Assembly (NCBI GenBank): GCA_030699125.1
Contig: JAUYKM010000012.1
Location: forward strand, 11,159 to 75,158
Length of the DNA stretch: 64,000 nucleotides
Source of the DNA: Candidatus Daviesbacteria bacterium
Lineage (GTDB): Bacteria; Patescibacteriota; Microgenomatia; Daviesbacterales; UBA10151
Reading direction: 5' to 3'
Position numbers and translations under genes: made by a program. Below the pieces are notes generated by a model, which had not been told where the DNA came from, made no database searches, and saw only the letters and a list, made by a program, of their open reading frames with translations. Below, one piece after another: positions 44,043-55,289 of this stretch. The number at the start of each line of letters is the position of its first letter. The first letter of the stretch is position 1.

Positions 44043-44168
44043 ATGAAATCACAGAGAGTCACTATTTATTTACCCTATGAGCTGGCCCAGGAATTTAAAC
44101 GAATAATTCCCAAAGGGAAACGTAGCCAGTTTATAGCTGAAGCCCTTAGAGAAAAACTCTACAAATGA
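44043..44168 (+). CDS. Small ribbon-helix-helix (CopG/ParD-like) protein, 41 aa. Missed by the ORF track.
   Basis: MKSQRVTIYLPYELAQEFKRIIPKGKRSQFIAEALREKLYK translated by hand. RHH pattern V.IYLP.EL...RS.FI.EAL. Confidence 0.4.
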   Translation: MKSQRVTIYLPYELAQEFKRIIPKGKRSQFIAEALREKLYK

Positions 44169-44227
44169 TTTCCTTTGATAATTTTGTTAAAGTTATTCCT
44201 GGAACAAAAATCCATTAAGCATAGTTT

Positions 44228-46099
44228 TTGAAATACTACTGTGTTAAAATTCCCAGTATGGCCAATGGTAGGAAAAAAATAAATTTAAATAAAAAAGCTT
44301 GGGCTGTTTTTAAAGGTTTGGCTGTTTATGTATTAATTGCCCTATCAGCTTTGATTTTCTTCTATCAGATTTCCGGCCCCACTCCTTCCGGCACTGAAGT
44401 ACCGATCTCTCAGATTGTCAAAGATATCAAAGAGGAAAAAGTGGTCAAAGTGACTGTTGAGGGAGATAAGATCACAGCTGAAATCAAAGATTCAGAGGAA
44501 AAACTTGCCTCCCATAAAGAAGAAGGAGAATCCATCTATAAAATCCTGGAATCATCCGGTGTTGATCCGAGTTTAGTCACAATTGAGATTAAAGACTTAT
44601 CTCTTCAAGAGGCTTGGATAGGCGTACTATCAGCAGTATTGCCGATTCTGATCTTGGTTGGTTTGATGTTTTTCTTTTTCAGGCAAGCCAGGGATGCCGG
44701 ACAGGGTATTTTTTCCTTTGCCCAATCCAGAGCCAGGTTGTTTACCAAAGATCAACCCCAAATTAAATTTGAAAATGTGGCCGGAGCAGAGGAGGCTAAA
44801 AGAGAATTAGCCGAGGTAGTGGAATTTTTAAAAACCCCGGATAAGTTTAAAGCTTTGGGGGCCAGGATCCCCAAAGGAGTTTTAATGGTGGGACCAGCCG
44901 GTACAGGTAAAACCTTACTGGCCAGAGCTGTGGCAGGGGAGGCAGGGGTGCCATTTTTCTCAATTGCCGGATCAGAATTTATGGAAATGCTGGTGGGAGT
45001 GGGGGCAGCCAGAGTCAGAGATATGTTTGCTCAGGCCAAGAAAAATGCTCCTGCCATTATTTTTATAGATGAAGTGGAATCAATTGGTAGACAAAGAGGG
45101 ACGGGTTTTTCAGGCGGGCATGATGAGCGGGAGCAAACGCTAAACCAAATATTGGTGGAGATGGATGGATTTACTCAAACTGATCATGTGATTGTGATTG
45201 CTGCAACCAATCGGCCAGATCTTTTGGATGCAGCACTGATTAGACCAGGCAGGTTTGATAGAAGAGTGGTTTTATCCTTGCCTGATCTGGTGGAGAGAAA
45301 AGCCATCATTGAACTTCATATGAAAGGTAAACCTTTTACTAAAGAGGTATCTTTCGAGAGTTTGGCCAGGCGTACTGTGGGATTTTCCGGAGCAGATCTG
45401 GCCAATATGCTAAATGAGGCAGCAATTTTGGCAGCCAGGGAGGGAAAAACAGCCATTGATTCTAAAGATTTAGAGGAAGCAGCCACCAAGGAAAAATTAG
45501 GACCTCAAAGGAAGAGAATGCAATCAGACAGAGATCGTAAGCTGGCTGCTTACCATGAGGCAGGGCATGCCATTGTGGGGCATAATTTAGCAAATGTTGA
45601 CCCAGTTCATCGGATTTCTATTGTCTCAAGAGGAATATCAGGTGGACATACTCTTTTTCCTCCAACAGAAGATAGGTCAAATGAAACAAAATCCAGATTA
45701 CTTGAGCAAATTAGTGCAGCTTTAGGCGGTCAGGCTGCAGAAGAACTGGTATTCAAAGATATCTCAACCGGAGCAGCTTCAGATATCTCTATTGCTACAC
45801 AAATTGCCAGACAAATGGTGATGGAATATGGCATGTCAGCTTTAGGTCCAATCACCATGCAGTCAAAATCTATGTTTGGAGTATGGAGAGGTATGGATGA
45901 GGGGGGAGAAATGTCCACTCAGCTTCATAATGAGGTGGATCGCGAGGTTAAAAAGATCATGGATGCTTCATTTAAAATGGCCCAGAAAATCTTAAAAGAA
46001 CAGAAAATAAAACTTGATAAAGTAGCCAAGGAGCTTTTAGAAAAAGAAACTCTGGAATCAGAGGAATTTGAAAAAATTGTGGGGAAAAAGAAAAGCTAG
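44228..46099 (+). CDS. ftsH: ATP-dependent zinc metalloprotease FtsH.
   Basis: TM, AAA+ Walker [18 protein letters not shown] zinc motif. The real start is probably ATG 44258. Confidence 0.9.
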   Translation: MKYYCVKIPSMANGRKKINLNKKAWAVFKGLAVYVLIALSALIFFYQISGPTPSGTEVPISQIVKDIKEEKVVKVTVEGDKITAEIKDSEEKLASHKEEGESIYKILESSGVDPSLVTIEIKDLSLQEAWIGVLSAVLPILILVGLMFFFFRQARDAGQGIFSFAQSRARLFTKDQPQIKFENVAGAEEAKRELAEVVEFLKTPDKFKALGARIPKGVLMVGPAGTGKTLLARAVAGEAGVPFFSIAGSEFMEMLVGVGAARVRDMFAQAKKNAPAIIFIDEVESIGRQRGTGFSGGHDEREQTLNQILVEMDGFTQTDHVIVIAATNRPDLLDAALIRPGRFDRRVVLSLPDLVERKAIIELHMKGKPFTKEVSFESLARRTVGFSGADLANMLNEAAILAAREGKTAIDSKDLEEAATKEKLGPQRKRMQSDRDRKLAAYHEAGHAIVGHNLANVDPVHRISIVSRGISGGHTLFPPTEDRSNETKSRLLEQISAALGGQAAEELVFKDISTGAASDISIATQIARQMVMEYGMSALGPITMQSKSMFGVWRGMDEGGEMSTQLHNEVDREVKKIMDASFKMAQKILKEQKIKLDKVAKELLEKETLESEEFEKIVGKKKS

Positions 46100-46153
46100 C
46101 ACTGAGTTTGTCGAAGTGTTGACTTTGAAGGAACCTAAGTTTAAGATCTTTTT

Positions 46154-46819
46154 ATGCGTATCATAATTCTTCCTCTGATCTTTTTCCTCTCGGCCACAAT
46201 CTTTTTAGGCAGTTGCAGCAATGTTTATGCCCAAAGCGCTACTGATATTGGTCAATCACAAATTCATCCGGCACATTCTTTATATTTTTTAAAAACAGTC
46301 AGGGAGATTTTAGAGCTTAAGTTTGCTGGAAGTGACAGAATAGCCTCTTTGAGAAGAATGGAATTTGCCACCAGAAGAATTAGAGAGGTAAAGGCTTTGG
46401 TTAATGTACAAAAAGAAGAACTGATTGCACCTACCTTAGAAAAATATGGGGCACTACTCAAGGATATTATTGGCACCACCAATATTACTGAGAAAGAGTT
46501 GTCCACCCAGTTGGGGGAGAGTATAGATAATCATTTAAATGCACTATACCTGGTTTATGGGATCATCTCTAATGCTGATGCTAAAAGATCCATCAGATTG
46601 ACAGTGCATAGGCTGGCAGATTTAAATTCTGAATTTATTGAGAGAGCTTTGGAACATGAGCAAATGATTAATGTGGTTAATTTAAGGAGAGCAAGACAAA
46701 CAATGGTTTGTGAATTCCTGCAAAGGGAGGCAAGTTCTTCTACCCTAAATCAAGTGGAGCAAGGAGTATATTTGAAAAGAGCAAGTAGTTGTTATAAAGT
46801 TTTGGAGGCTTTCAAGTAG
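46154..46819 (+). CDS. Hypothetical secreted protein.
   Basis: Signal-peptide-like N-terminus. Confidence 0.45.
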   Translation: MRIIILPLIFFLSATIFLGSCSNVYAQSATDIGQSQIHPAHSLYFLKTVREILELKFAGSDRIASLRRMEFATRRIREVKALVNVQKEELIAPTLEKYGALLKDIIGTTNITEKELSTQLGESIDNHLNALYLVYGIISNADAKRSIRLTVHRLADLNSEFIERALEHEQMINVVNLRRARQTMVCEFLQREASSSTLNQVEQGVYLKRASSCYKVLEAFK

Positions 46820-47250
46820 TGACTGGCAACATTTTAAGAGGCTTTCTTATCTTTGGAGGATGCTACTTTATATTCGATGCTTTGCTACATTTTTCCAATC
46901 TTAAATTAACATCTGTTGAAAATGTTTGGTCTGTTTCTGCCTTAAACTATGGCAGATTAATAAACTTTCTTTACGCCTCATTTGTTCTGTTGGCAGCCTC
47001 AATCGCCTTCGCTATACAAACAGATTTAAAAAAATATCAGACGATTATTTTAATTTCCGCTATTTGGGCTCTGCTTCATGGGCTAATTTTATTAGGCTTG
47101 GTTTGGACTCAAGATTATCAGCAAATCTTTACTCAATCCCCTTCACTTTTAGTTTGGCTGCCATTTTATAGAGAATACCTTAGTTTTAGTAGTTTTTTAC
47201 TTTTTCTATATAGTGGTATGGTTTATCTATATTTTAAAAAATATAAGTGA
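46819..47250 (+). CDS. Hypothetical membrane protein.
   Basis: Four predicted TM segments. Confidence 0.4.
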   Translation: MTGNILRGFLIFGGCYFIFDALLHFSNLKLTSVENVWSVSALNYGRLINFLYASFVLLAASIAFAIQTDLKKYQTIILISAIWALLHGLILLGLVWTQDYQQIFTQSPSLLVWLPFYREYLSFSSFLLFLYSGMVYLYFKKYK

Positions 47251-47255
47251 AATAC

Positions 47256-48428
47256 CTATTTTTTGACAATTATATCCCGGTAATAATTAATAAGTTGAGT
47301 GGTAGTTTTATCAATAGAATAATCTTTAATCTTTTTTAAAGATCTTTGTCCCATTTCCTTTTTTAGTTTCGGATCTGAGAGTATTTTTTCCATACTTTCA
47401 GCCAACTGTTTTGTATTATTTGGTTCAACTAGAAAGCCATTTTCTAAAACAAGTTCAATAAGCCCTGCCTGTTTTACTCCCACAATGGGCAAGCCGTACA
47501 TCATTGCTTCCAAAACCACCATTGGGTTAACTTCCATCTGACTGGTGGTGGCAAATATATCTGCAATACTTAATAAGCTTGATGATAAAAGTTTTTGGTG
47601 GGCAATAAAGCCGGTAAATACTACGTTTTTTCCAATGCCCAAATGATGGGTTAATTTCATCAGACTTTTTTTTGCTGGTCCATCACCAATAATCAAAAGA
47701 GATGTATGGGGATATTTTTCTACCAGGATTTGAAAAGATTTAATCAAATCTTCAATACTTTTTTCATAAGATAATCTGCCAAAATGCAATACCACCTGAT
47801 CTTCTAAACGATATTTCTTTTTAAGTCTGGATTTTTCCGCTTCTGTTAAAAATTTAACATCATTTAGATATAACCCATTAGGTAAATAATGTACTTCCTT
47901 TTTAAACTTTCTTTGCTGCAATTCTCCAATTAACAGCTGTGACGGTGTCAGCAAAAGATCACATTTCTTATATAAAAAGTTTATATAACGCAGGGCAATT
48001 TTATTAAGCAGCTTGATGGCCAACTTATATTTAAAGAATCTTAGAAAATCTGAATTGGTAAAATAAATATGGATTGAACCTACCAGAGGTTTTTTTAAAA
48101 GTTTAGCAGCCATGACAGCATCAATTCCGATAGTCATAGTAGATTGTAAATGGATAATATCAGGATCAAATTTTCTTAAATATGTCAATGCTTTAGGTAA
48201 TCCAAATATGACTAAATTTAGCTCAGTATAAAAAGAAGGGACTGAGGGTAAAGATACAACCCTAACATTTTTGGCCTGAAATTTTTTTCTCTTAATGTGA
48301 TCTAATTTTGGAGTAAAGATTAAAACTTCATGCCCTCTCTCACCCAATTCCCGGGCAAAATTACCCAAAGAGGTGGCCACTCCATTGGCCTGAGGCAGGA
48401 ACATGTCAGTAAAGTAAACAATACGCAT
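47256..48428 (-). CDS. GT4-family glycosyltransferase.
   Basis: GT-B fold. EX7E region EAMMYGLPIVGVKQAGLIELV. Confidence 0.8.
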   Translation of the reverse strand: MRIVYFTDMFLPQANGVATSLGNFARELGERGHEVLIFTPKLDHIKRKKFQAKNVRVVSLPSVPSFYTELNLVIFGLPKALTYLRKFDPDIIHLQSTMTIGIDAVMAAKLLKKPLVGSIHIYFTNSDFLRFFKYKLAIKLLNKIALRYINFLYKKCDLLLTPSQLLIGELQQRKFKKEVHYLPNGLYLNDVKFLTEAEKSRLKKKYRLEDQVVLHFGRLSYEKSIEDLIKSFQILVEKYPHTSLLIIGDGPAKKSLMKLTHHLGIGKNVVFTGFIAHQKLLSSSLLSIADIFATTSQMEVNPMVVLEAMMYGLPIVGVKQAGLIELVLENGFLVEPNNTKQLAESMEKILSDPKLKKEMGQRSLKKIKDYSIDKTTTQLINYYRDIIVKK

Positions 48429-48485
48429 TCTATTATAGGATATTATTATACACTATTTCCCCTTGATTTGTGATAAATTAGATAT

Positions 48486-49496
48486 ATGGCCATTTGGCAA
48501 ATTATAAAAATCATTCTAATTGTGATTATTATTATTTTGCTCTCGGTTTTTGTGGGCCAGGTTGTTTTTAATAAAACTTATCAATTCCCCCCAAAAATTG
48601 AATATGGAGTGACTTTTTCTTCCTCTTATGCTCAGTATCTTAATTTAGATTGGCAAGAGACTTTTATTAAGGTTTTATCTGAGCTTAAAGTAAAGAATTT
48701 AAGAATTCCCACCTACTGGGATGCTCTGGAGAAAAATAAGGGAGAATTCAGCTTTGCAGATACGGATTTTATGTTATCTGAGGCAGAAAAAAGGAATGCC
48801 AGGGTTGTTTTAGTGGTGGGTTTCAGACAACCTCGCTGGCCAGAATGTTATTTGCCCAAATGGGCTGCCAAACTAAGTCTGGAGGAGAAGCGAGCTGAAA
48901 TTTTGCAATTTGTGCAAAAAACAGTGGAAAGATATGAAAATAACCCTTCAATCTGGGCTTATCAGGTGGAAAATGAGCCATTCCTGCCTTTTTTTGGTGA
49001 AAATTGTGACAGAAGGGATCCGGATTTTCTAAAAAAAGAAGTTGATTTAGTCAGGAGTTTATCTGATAAGCCAATTATTATTACAGCCTCAGGAGAACTG
49101 GAAATCTGGATTACTCAGATGCAGCTATCAGATATTTTCGGTACTACTTTATACAGAGAAGTTTATAATCCTTTGATAGGCTATGTTTCTTATCCTATTC
49201 TGCCATATTTCTATAACTTAAAATCACAAATTATTAGAAAAGTTTTTGCGCCTCAAAATCAAAAAACCATCATATCAGAACTGCAGGCAGAACCCTGGCT
49301 GATTGGTGAGACTATAACTCAGGATCCAAAACGTCAAACTGAATTGTTTCCGGTGAATAAACTAATAGCTAATATAGATTATGCCCGGAAAGTGGGATTT
49401 GATAGAGCTTACCTTTGGGGGGTGGAGTGGTGGTACTGGATGGAAAAAATGGGCTATCCTGAGTATTTAGAGTATGCAAAAATCCTATTTAAGTGA
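48486..49496 (+). CDS. Membrane-anchored TIM-barrel glycoside-hydrolase-like protein (clan GH-A-like, tentative).
   Basis: N-terminal TM. VENEP-type acid/base motif. Confidence 0.4.
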   Translation: MAIWQIIKIILIVIIIILLSVFVGQVVFNKTYQFPPKIEYGVTFSSSYAQYLNLDWQETFIKVLSELKVKNLRIPTYWDALEKNKGEFSFADTDFMLSEAEKRNARVVLVVGFRQPRWPECYLPKWAAKLSLEEKRAEILQFVQKTVERYENNPSIWAYQVENEPFLPFFGENCDRRDPDFLKKEVDLVRSLSDKPIIITASGELEIWITQMQLSDIFGTTLYREVYNPLIGYVSYPILPYFYNLKSQIIRKVFAPQNQKTIISELQAEPWLIGETITQDPKRQTELFPVNKLIANIDYARKVGFDRAYLWGVEWWYWMEKMGYPEYLEYAKILFK

Positions 49497-49517
49497 AGCC
49501 ATGATATAATTTAGGAT

Positions 49518-50546
49518 ATGAGTGAGGCTGGAGTAGAAATACCAATCCAACAAGAATCAAAACCTGTTTTAGGAAAAAGAGAATATGAATATCAAGGTAA
49601 TAGAATAAAGGTAGGTTTTGCCAAATTCAGTAATCCGGAAAATTCCAACTTTGATCCTAAAAAAGCTGCATTTCTTCTAACTGGTTGGCCTATGAGACAT
49701 GATACTCAAATTGATTGGGGGCAGTCTCAAGCATTAGCAAAAGAATTTGGTCTCACCACCTATGATATTGATGGTAGACCCAAAGGAGTTTTCAAAGGTA
49801 GCTCGATAGCTTTAGAAGTGGAGGGAATCAGACAATTTACTCAAGAATTACAATCTACTGGAGTAGAGGAGATAACTTTATTCGGTCATTCAATTGGAGC
49901 TTCAAAAATAATAGATTTGGCTGTTTCGCTGGAGCAGAAAAATTCCGGGCTGAAAATTAATCTGGTTTTAATTAATCCCATGGGATTAACTGATAAGGAT
50001 ATTAAAGAAATTGCCAAGAATTATTTATTGGATGCATCGGCAGTTGAAGATCGTACAAAAAACCCCAATAGAATTTACCAAAAAAATAAATTTAAGGTAC
50101 TTATGGGATTAGGAAAAAGCCTGTTAAAAGATGTCAGAGATTTGAAGCTACGTTACCCCAGACTGCTTACTGATCAAATTAGATATTTATCCCAGATGAA
50201 TTCTAACTTAGCAAAGATAAAATCTCCGGTTCTTGTTCTACTTGCTTCTGAGGATCCGGTATCTGAGTTGGAAAGGATTTTGCCAAAACAGGAAGTGGAA
50301 AAATTAATGCCTGCACCAAAGCCAGAAGAAAATTCCAGGGAAAGTATGGCAAGGGTCAGTAAGGCCAGAACAGACTATCTTAGAAAAGAGGTTTTTCCCC
50401 AAGCAGAACATGTGGGTATAATCGTGGTAGAGAAATTTGCTAATCATATAGCTTTTGGGATAGAAAGACCAGGTGCAACAAACCATATCATAGCTAGATA
50501 TTTTGCGAGAGTTGAGAGAGAAGCCAAAAAACAGCAACCTGTTTAA
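49518..50546 (+). CDS. Alpha/beta hydrolase.
   Basis: Nucleophile elbow GHSIGAS. Confidence 0.6.
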   Translation: MSEAGVEIPIQQESKPVLGKREYEYQGNRIKVGFAKFSNPENSNFDPKKAAFLLTGWPMRHDTQIDWGQSQALAKEFGLTTYDIDGRPKGVFKGSSIALEVEGIRQFTQELQSTGVEEITLFGHSIGASKIIDLAVSLEQKNSGLKINLVLINPMGLTDKDIKEIAKNYLLDASAVEDRTKNPNRIYQKNKFKVLMGLGKSLLKDVRDLKLRYPRLLTDQIRYLSQMNSNLAKIKSPVLVLLASEDPVSELERILPKQEVEKLMPAPKPEENSRESMARVSKARTDYLRKEVFPQAEHVGIIVVEKFANHIAFGIERPGATNHIIARYFARVEREAKKQQPV

Positions 50547-50599
50547 TTATAGTCTATCTCCTGTTAGAAATTCATAAGTATTGATGTTACAATCGATCC

Positions 50600-52753
50600 A
50601 TGAAATTACTGGTCCTGGTTGACGGTAATGCTTTGCTTCACCGGGCCTATCATGCTACACCTCCTTTTACCACATCAGAGGGGGAGCTGGTCAATGCTGT
50701 TTATGGGTTTTCCTCCATGGTTTTAAAGGTGGTTTCGGAGTTAAAACCGGACTTTTTGGCCATAGCCTGGGATGAGAAAGGACCCACCTTTAGACATCAA
50801 GCGTACACTCAATATAAAGCCACCAGGGTGGAGGTTGATCAGGCTCTTTCCAATCAATATAAAAGAGTACATGAGGTGGCAAAAGCTTTTAATATCCCGG
50901 AATTCTCCATTGCCGGATATGAGGCAGATGATTTAATCGGCACTTTGGCTATCCAAGCTCAGAAACAGCCTGATTTAGGAGTAGTTGTGGTGACAGGGGA
51001 TCGGGACATTATGCAGCTTATCAACGGCGGCGTGAAGGTTTTTATGCCCAAAAAGACTCTACAGGATGTAGGACTTTATGGCGAAGAGGAGTTTGTGGCC
51101 CGCTACGGCTTTGAACCTAAGCTTTTGGTGGATTATAAAGCCTTAGCAGGAGATGCCTCGGATAATATCCCGGGGGTTTCCGGCATCGGGGATGTGACTG
51201 CCACCAAACTGATTCATCAATTTGGCACAATTGAGGAAATCTACAAAGGTGAAAATTTAAAAACTTTGCCTCAGAGAATGCAAACTCTTTTATCTGAGGG
51301 TGCAGAATCTGCTGTGATGAGCAAAAAATTAGCCACTCTGGATCTTAAAGCCCCGATAAAGCTGGATTTAAAAAAATGTGAGGTAGAAGATTTTAATCCG
51401 GAAGATGTTAAAAAGCTTTTTGAGGAGCTGGAGTTTAAAAGTTTAGTCAAAAGGATCCCCGGTGTAGAACCCGAGCAAATCAGTATGATCCCTGTGGAGA
51501 AACCTATAGATCAAGATAAAGAGACTATTAGTTTAGACCGAGAAGTAGACAAAGTTTTAAAGAAAATGTCGGAAGTAGGAATACTAATAGATTTAAGATT
51601 TTTAGATAGGTTTGGTAAAGACCTAAAGGTAAGAGTTGTAAAGATTGAAAAAGAGATTTACTCAAAAGTGGGACATCAGTTTAATCTAAACAGCCCAAAA
51701 CAGCTACAAGTTATACTTTTTGATGAGCTAAATTTGCCAGTTTTTAGAAAGACCAAAACCGGTAGATCAACAGATGAAGATACCTTACATGAGCTATCAG
51801 TTGCCCACCCTGTAGTACCTTTACTTTTAGAGTATCGACAACTGTTTAAATTAGTTTCCACTTATGTAGATGCCCTGCCAAAATCTGTCGGGGAAGACGG
51901 TAGGATTCACTCCACCTTCAATGTAGAAGGAGCTGCCACAGGCAGAATTTCATCTCAAAATCCCAATCTGCAGAATATCCCCATCAAAGATGAGGCAGGA
52001 GGAGAAATGAGAAAGGCTTTTGTGGCTTCTAAAGGTAAAGTTTTACTGGGTGCTGATTATTCTCAAATTGAGCTTCGGATTATGGCCCATCTGGCAGATG
52101 ATCCGGGATTAAAACGGGCTTTTGAAAATGAGGAAGATATTCATGCTGCCACTGCCAGTAAAGTTTTCCAAGTACCGATTGATAAAGTTACCAAACAACA
52201 AAGAATGGTAGGTAAAACCATGAATTTTGCTACTTTGTATGGCCAAGGCCCCCATGCTCTGTCCCGTCAGCTGGGTGTGGAATATGAGGTGGCCAGAACA
52301 TACATTGCAGAATATTTTGAACAATTCCCCAAAGTCCGTGAATGGATGCAGAAAACATTAGAGTTTGGGTATGAACACGGCTATGTGGAGACAATTTTGG
52401 GCAGGCGCCGCTATATTCCGGAGTTAAAAGCTGTTAACCATGCTATTAAGGCAGCAGGGGAAAGAGCTGCTATTAATCATCCGGTCCAAGGGACGGCTGC
52501 AGATATGATTAAAAAGGCCATGGTGGAAATTTCCTCTGTCATTGCGAAGAGCGAAGCGACGTGGCAATCTTGTCAAATGATTTTGCAAGTTCATGATGAA
52601 TTATTGTTTGAGTGTAACGAGAACTCTGTTAAAGAGATAGCCAAAATGGTTAAAGATAAAATGGAAAATGCCTTAAAATTATCTGTACCAGTGTTGGTGG
52701 ATTTAAAAGTAGGCCCAAATTGGGGAGAGATGGAAAAGCTAAAATTATCTTAA
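50600..52753 (+). CDS. polA: DNA polymerase I (5' nuclease + polymerase; no recognisable 3'-5' exonuclease domain).
   Basis: 717 aa. Pol motif A DYSQIELR, motif B RMVGKTMNFATLYG, motif C QVHDELLFE. Confidence 0.9.
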   Translation: MKLLVLVDGNALLHRAYHATPPFTTSEGELVNAVYGFSSMVLKVVSELKPDFLAIAWDEKGPTFRHQAYTQYKATRVEVDQALSNQYKRVHEVAKAFNIPEFSIAGYEADDLIGTLAIQAQKQPDLGVVVVTGDRDIMQLINGGVKVFMPKKTLQDVGLYGEEEFVARYGFEPKLLVDYKALAGDASDNIPGVSGIGDVTATKLIHQFGTIEEIYKGENLKTLPQRMQTLLSEGAESAVMSKKLATLDLKAPIKLDLKKCEVEDFNPEDVKKLFEELEFKSLVKRIPGVEPEQISMIPVEKPIDQDKETISLDREVDKVLKKMSEVGILIDLRFLDRFGKDLKVRVVKIEKEIYSKVGHQFNLNSPKQLQVILFDELNLPVFRKTKTGRSTDEDTLHELSVAHPVVPLLLEYRQLFKLVSTYVDALPKSVGEDGRIHSTFNVEGAATGRISSQNPNLQNIPIKDEAGGEMRKAFVASKGKVLLGADYSQIELRIMAHLADDPGLKRAFENEEDIHAATASKVFQVPIDKVTKQQRMVGKTMNFATLYGQGPHALSRQLGVEYEVARTYIAEYFEQFPKVREWMQKTLEFGYEHGYVETILGRRRYIPELKAVNHAIKAAGERAAINHPVQGTAADMIKKAMVEISSVIAKSEATWQSCQMILQVHDELLFECNENSVKEIAKMVKDKMENALKLSVPVLVDLKVGPNWGEMEKLKLS

Positions 52754-54250
52754 TCCGGATACTAAAAATTCAACAACATTCTTAGCTGTATATGATTTTC
52801 TTCCATTTAAAATTCTAGGTAGAAAGCTCACTTCAGTCCCGCTACTGTATAAAGGGGGTACTTCATAACCGTCTTTATGAGTTTGACCTAAGTCTACAGC
52901 AGAAAGCAGGTTTTCACAAAGACACCCTGCGCCCACAGTATCTTCGATTTTCCCTCCCTTCCGGAGATAATCTTCAACAGGTTCAGCTTTACATATCCAG
53001 GTTAATCTTCCCTTGTGAGTAGTACGTTCTCTAAGCCGTCCAATTGTGCAGGATCTATGATTTGCACTCCAGTCTTCGTATATATCAACGTCACCTATAC
53101 TAGGCACCCCTTCAATATTTCTATCAACTCTAAAAGCATAATAGGTGGGAGAAATTTTTGGATCAATAAAAACATCCATATTTCCCTTTAAAATCTGATT
53201 AATTATTGCTCGTTTTACATTTTGCGGAAGACCGGATTCTTCACAGTATTGAAATGGGGTTGCAACAGTTGCGCTTTGAGCACCCAATTCGATAGCTTCT
53301 TTGACTGCTTCCGGGGTAGAAAATCCTCCGGCCAATGTGAAAGGTATACCCATTTTTCCTGTTAATCCTCTGACCAGTTCTAAATCTATTTCATCCTTGG
53401 GTCCATATTTATATTCTCCTCTTTCGTTATAATCAATCTTACGTGGTTTTGTACTATGGCCTCCGGTTTTTTGAGGGAGCTCTATTTTAAGTTGATCTAT
53501 AGCATTTGGATGTCTGTTTTGATCTGTCAAGACTCTCGCAGCAATATTAGAAGATGCAACTCCGGTTATTCTGGGTTCTTTAAGCTCATGGTCAAGACGG
53601 CCAATATGTTTTCTGGGATTAAAACGGACCACGTGTCTTTTGAATTGTTCACTCTTTTCATCAGTCCCGTGATGAACATCAAGATTATAGTTAACAGATT
53701 CTAGAGCGCACAACTTTCTGATATTCTCCCGCATTTGAAAAGGCAATCCGGCACTAATTTCTATTTCATCTACATCAGCCAGCATCTCTCCAAAGGTTAC
53801 AGCCATAACCGTGGTTTGTACTTCTTCAAGCTTATTAGCAGCAATTTTTACTTCAGGTCCTTTTAAGTATCTACCCATTTTTGCAGCCCTGACAATCCAG
53901 TATCCTGCAAAAACATTTAGGCCTTCTATCCGTTTGTCTGGATTAGTTCCAAACATAGGCAGTTGCCGGAAAGGTTGGCCTTTTGGAATTCCTCCGGGTA
54001 CATAAAGACTTCTGACATAGTCTGACAGTTCATGAGCGTCAAATCTATCCTCAAATTCATCGACTGTTCTCAATATGCTATTTGTTGGATCTCCCCTTTG
54101 TAGTAGCCTAGCTACAATATGATCAATTCCTTCAACAGAGGTCATTCCCATTCCTCCGGCCAAGGATATTGCCCTCGGCAATAAATCATTAGTTATGAAA
54201 AGCCCCATAGCCCCGCCTCTAATTCTTTCAGCTCCAGCGACCAGAGTCAT
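52745..54250 (-). CDS. FMN-dependent TIM-barrel oxidoreductase (nitronate monooxygenase/NMO-like), tentative.
   Basis: LAGGMGMTS and AGGFSTPEAVKEAIELGAQ patterns. 501 aa. Confidence 0.45.
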   Translation of the reverse strand: MTLVAGAERIRGGAMGLFITNDLLPRAISLAGGMGMTSVEGIDHIVARLLQRGDPTNSILRTVDEFEDRFDAHELSDYVRSLYVPGGIPKGQPFRQLPMFGTNPDKRIEGLNVFAGYWIVRAAKMGRYLKGPEVKIAANKLEEVQTTVMAVTFGEMLADVDEIEISAGLPFQMRENIRKLCALESVNYNLDVHHGTDEKSEQFKRHVVRFNPRKHIGRLDHELKEPRITGVASSNIAARVLTDQNRHPNAIDQLKIELPQKTGGHSTKPRKIDYNERGEYKYGPKDEIDLELVRGLTGKMGIPFTLAGGFSTPEAVKEAIELGAQSATVATPFQYCEESGLPQNVKRAIINQILKGNMDVFIDPKISPTYYAFRVDRNIEGVPSIGDVDIYEDWSANHRSCTIGRLRERTTHKGRLTWICKAEPVEDYLRKGGKIEDTVGAGCLCENLLSAVDLGQTHKDGYEVPPLYSSGTEVSFLPRILNGRKSYTAKNVVEFLVSGLR

Positions 54251-54293
54251 ATTAGGATATTTTATACCACATTCTTGACTTCTATACCCTATA

Positions 54294-55289
54294 TTGTGTA
54301 AAACTGCATCTTATAATATGGCTACAATGATTGAAGCTCCAAGAAAAATACTTATTACCGGAGGAGCAGGTGAAACAGGAAGAGTGTTTACTCAAAAAAT
54401 TGCACAAAGAAGTTATTTCCCGATAGTGACTGTAAGTGAAAAACCAAATAATAAATTGTCGGCAGAAAAAAGGGCTATTGAATTTCAAAAAAGTATTAGG
54501 AAAGCAACAAGTGTCTGTCCAAAAGTAGTAAGAGTTGATTTATCGAAAATTACAGTAGAAGAACAGGCAGCAGAATTTGTTGATTCGCTGGAACTTGAGC
54601 CAGAAGAGCCGATACATTATGCTGCACTTGCGGCAGGAGGATTACCTTTTACTACCATAGGAAAAGAGTATGTTAGAACAAGAGGAGCATATGACAGCAA
54701 AAATTTAACAGAAGCTGATTTAAGGCGTTCAACAGATGTAATAAGAAGCAAGATTGAACAAGATGAAGGTATTAGAAATTCCGCTTTAGAATTAAATTTT
54801 ACTTCACCCAAACTTATAAAGGAAGAATTGATAAGGCGCGGACATATAGGCAGTTTGTCTGTTGTCATTACTTTATCAAGCATTTTTTCTGATGATTTTA
54901 GGCTTGACAGACCTCAGTTATTTCAGGGTCCGGCCTTTTATTTTTATATGGCTAATACTAAAAAGTCTATTGCAGAAACATTGAGAGAGCAGGTTTATGT
55001 ACAGGAGTTTAAGTATTTGGATTTTGTTGCACCAGAGATTAGAGATACCAGTGTGGGAAAGTATTTTGAGGACTTTGCAAAATTTATTAATTTTGTCCAT
55101 CCTGATCAGCCTCCGGCAGGAATGCCGTCTGTAACAAAAGAAGTAGTTGCGGAGATGTTAGTTTCTCAACTTGAAGAAGTAAGTTTAAGAAATCAGCGTT
55201 TTGCTAGAGTATACCTAAATTCTGATGGTAGTGTTTCTAATGTTAGGCCGGTTGGGTGGCCAACCCAGCCTTTGAGAGGTTATTTTTAA
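54294..55289 (+). CDS. Rossmann-fold NAD(P)-binding protein (short-chain dehydrogenase/epimerase-like), tentative.
   Basis: ILITGGAGETG glycine-rich loop. Confidence 0.4.
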   Translation: MCKTASYNMATMIEAPRKILITGGAGETGRVFTQKIAQRSYFPIVTVSEKPNNKLSAEKRAIEFQKSIRKATSVCPKVVRVDLSKITVEEQAAEFVDSLELEPEEPIHYAALAAGGLPFTTIGKEYVRTRGAYDSKNLTEADLRRSTDVIRSKIEQDEGIRNSALELNFTSPKLIKEELIRRGHIGSLSVVITLSSIFSDDFRLDRPQLFQGPAFYFYMANTKKSIAETLREQVYVQEFKYLDFVAPEIRDTSVGKYFEDFAKFINFVHPDQPPAGMPSVTKEVVAEMLVSQLEEVSLRNQRFARVYLNSDGSVSNVRPVGWPTQPLRGYF

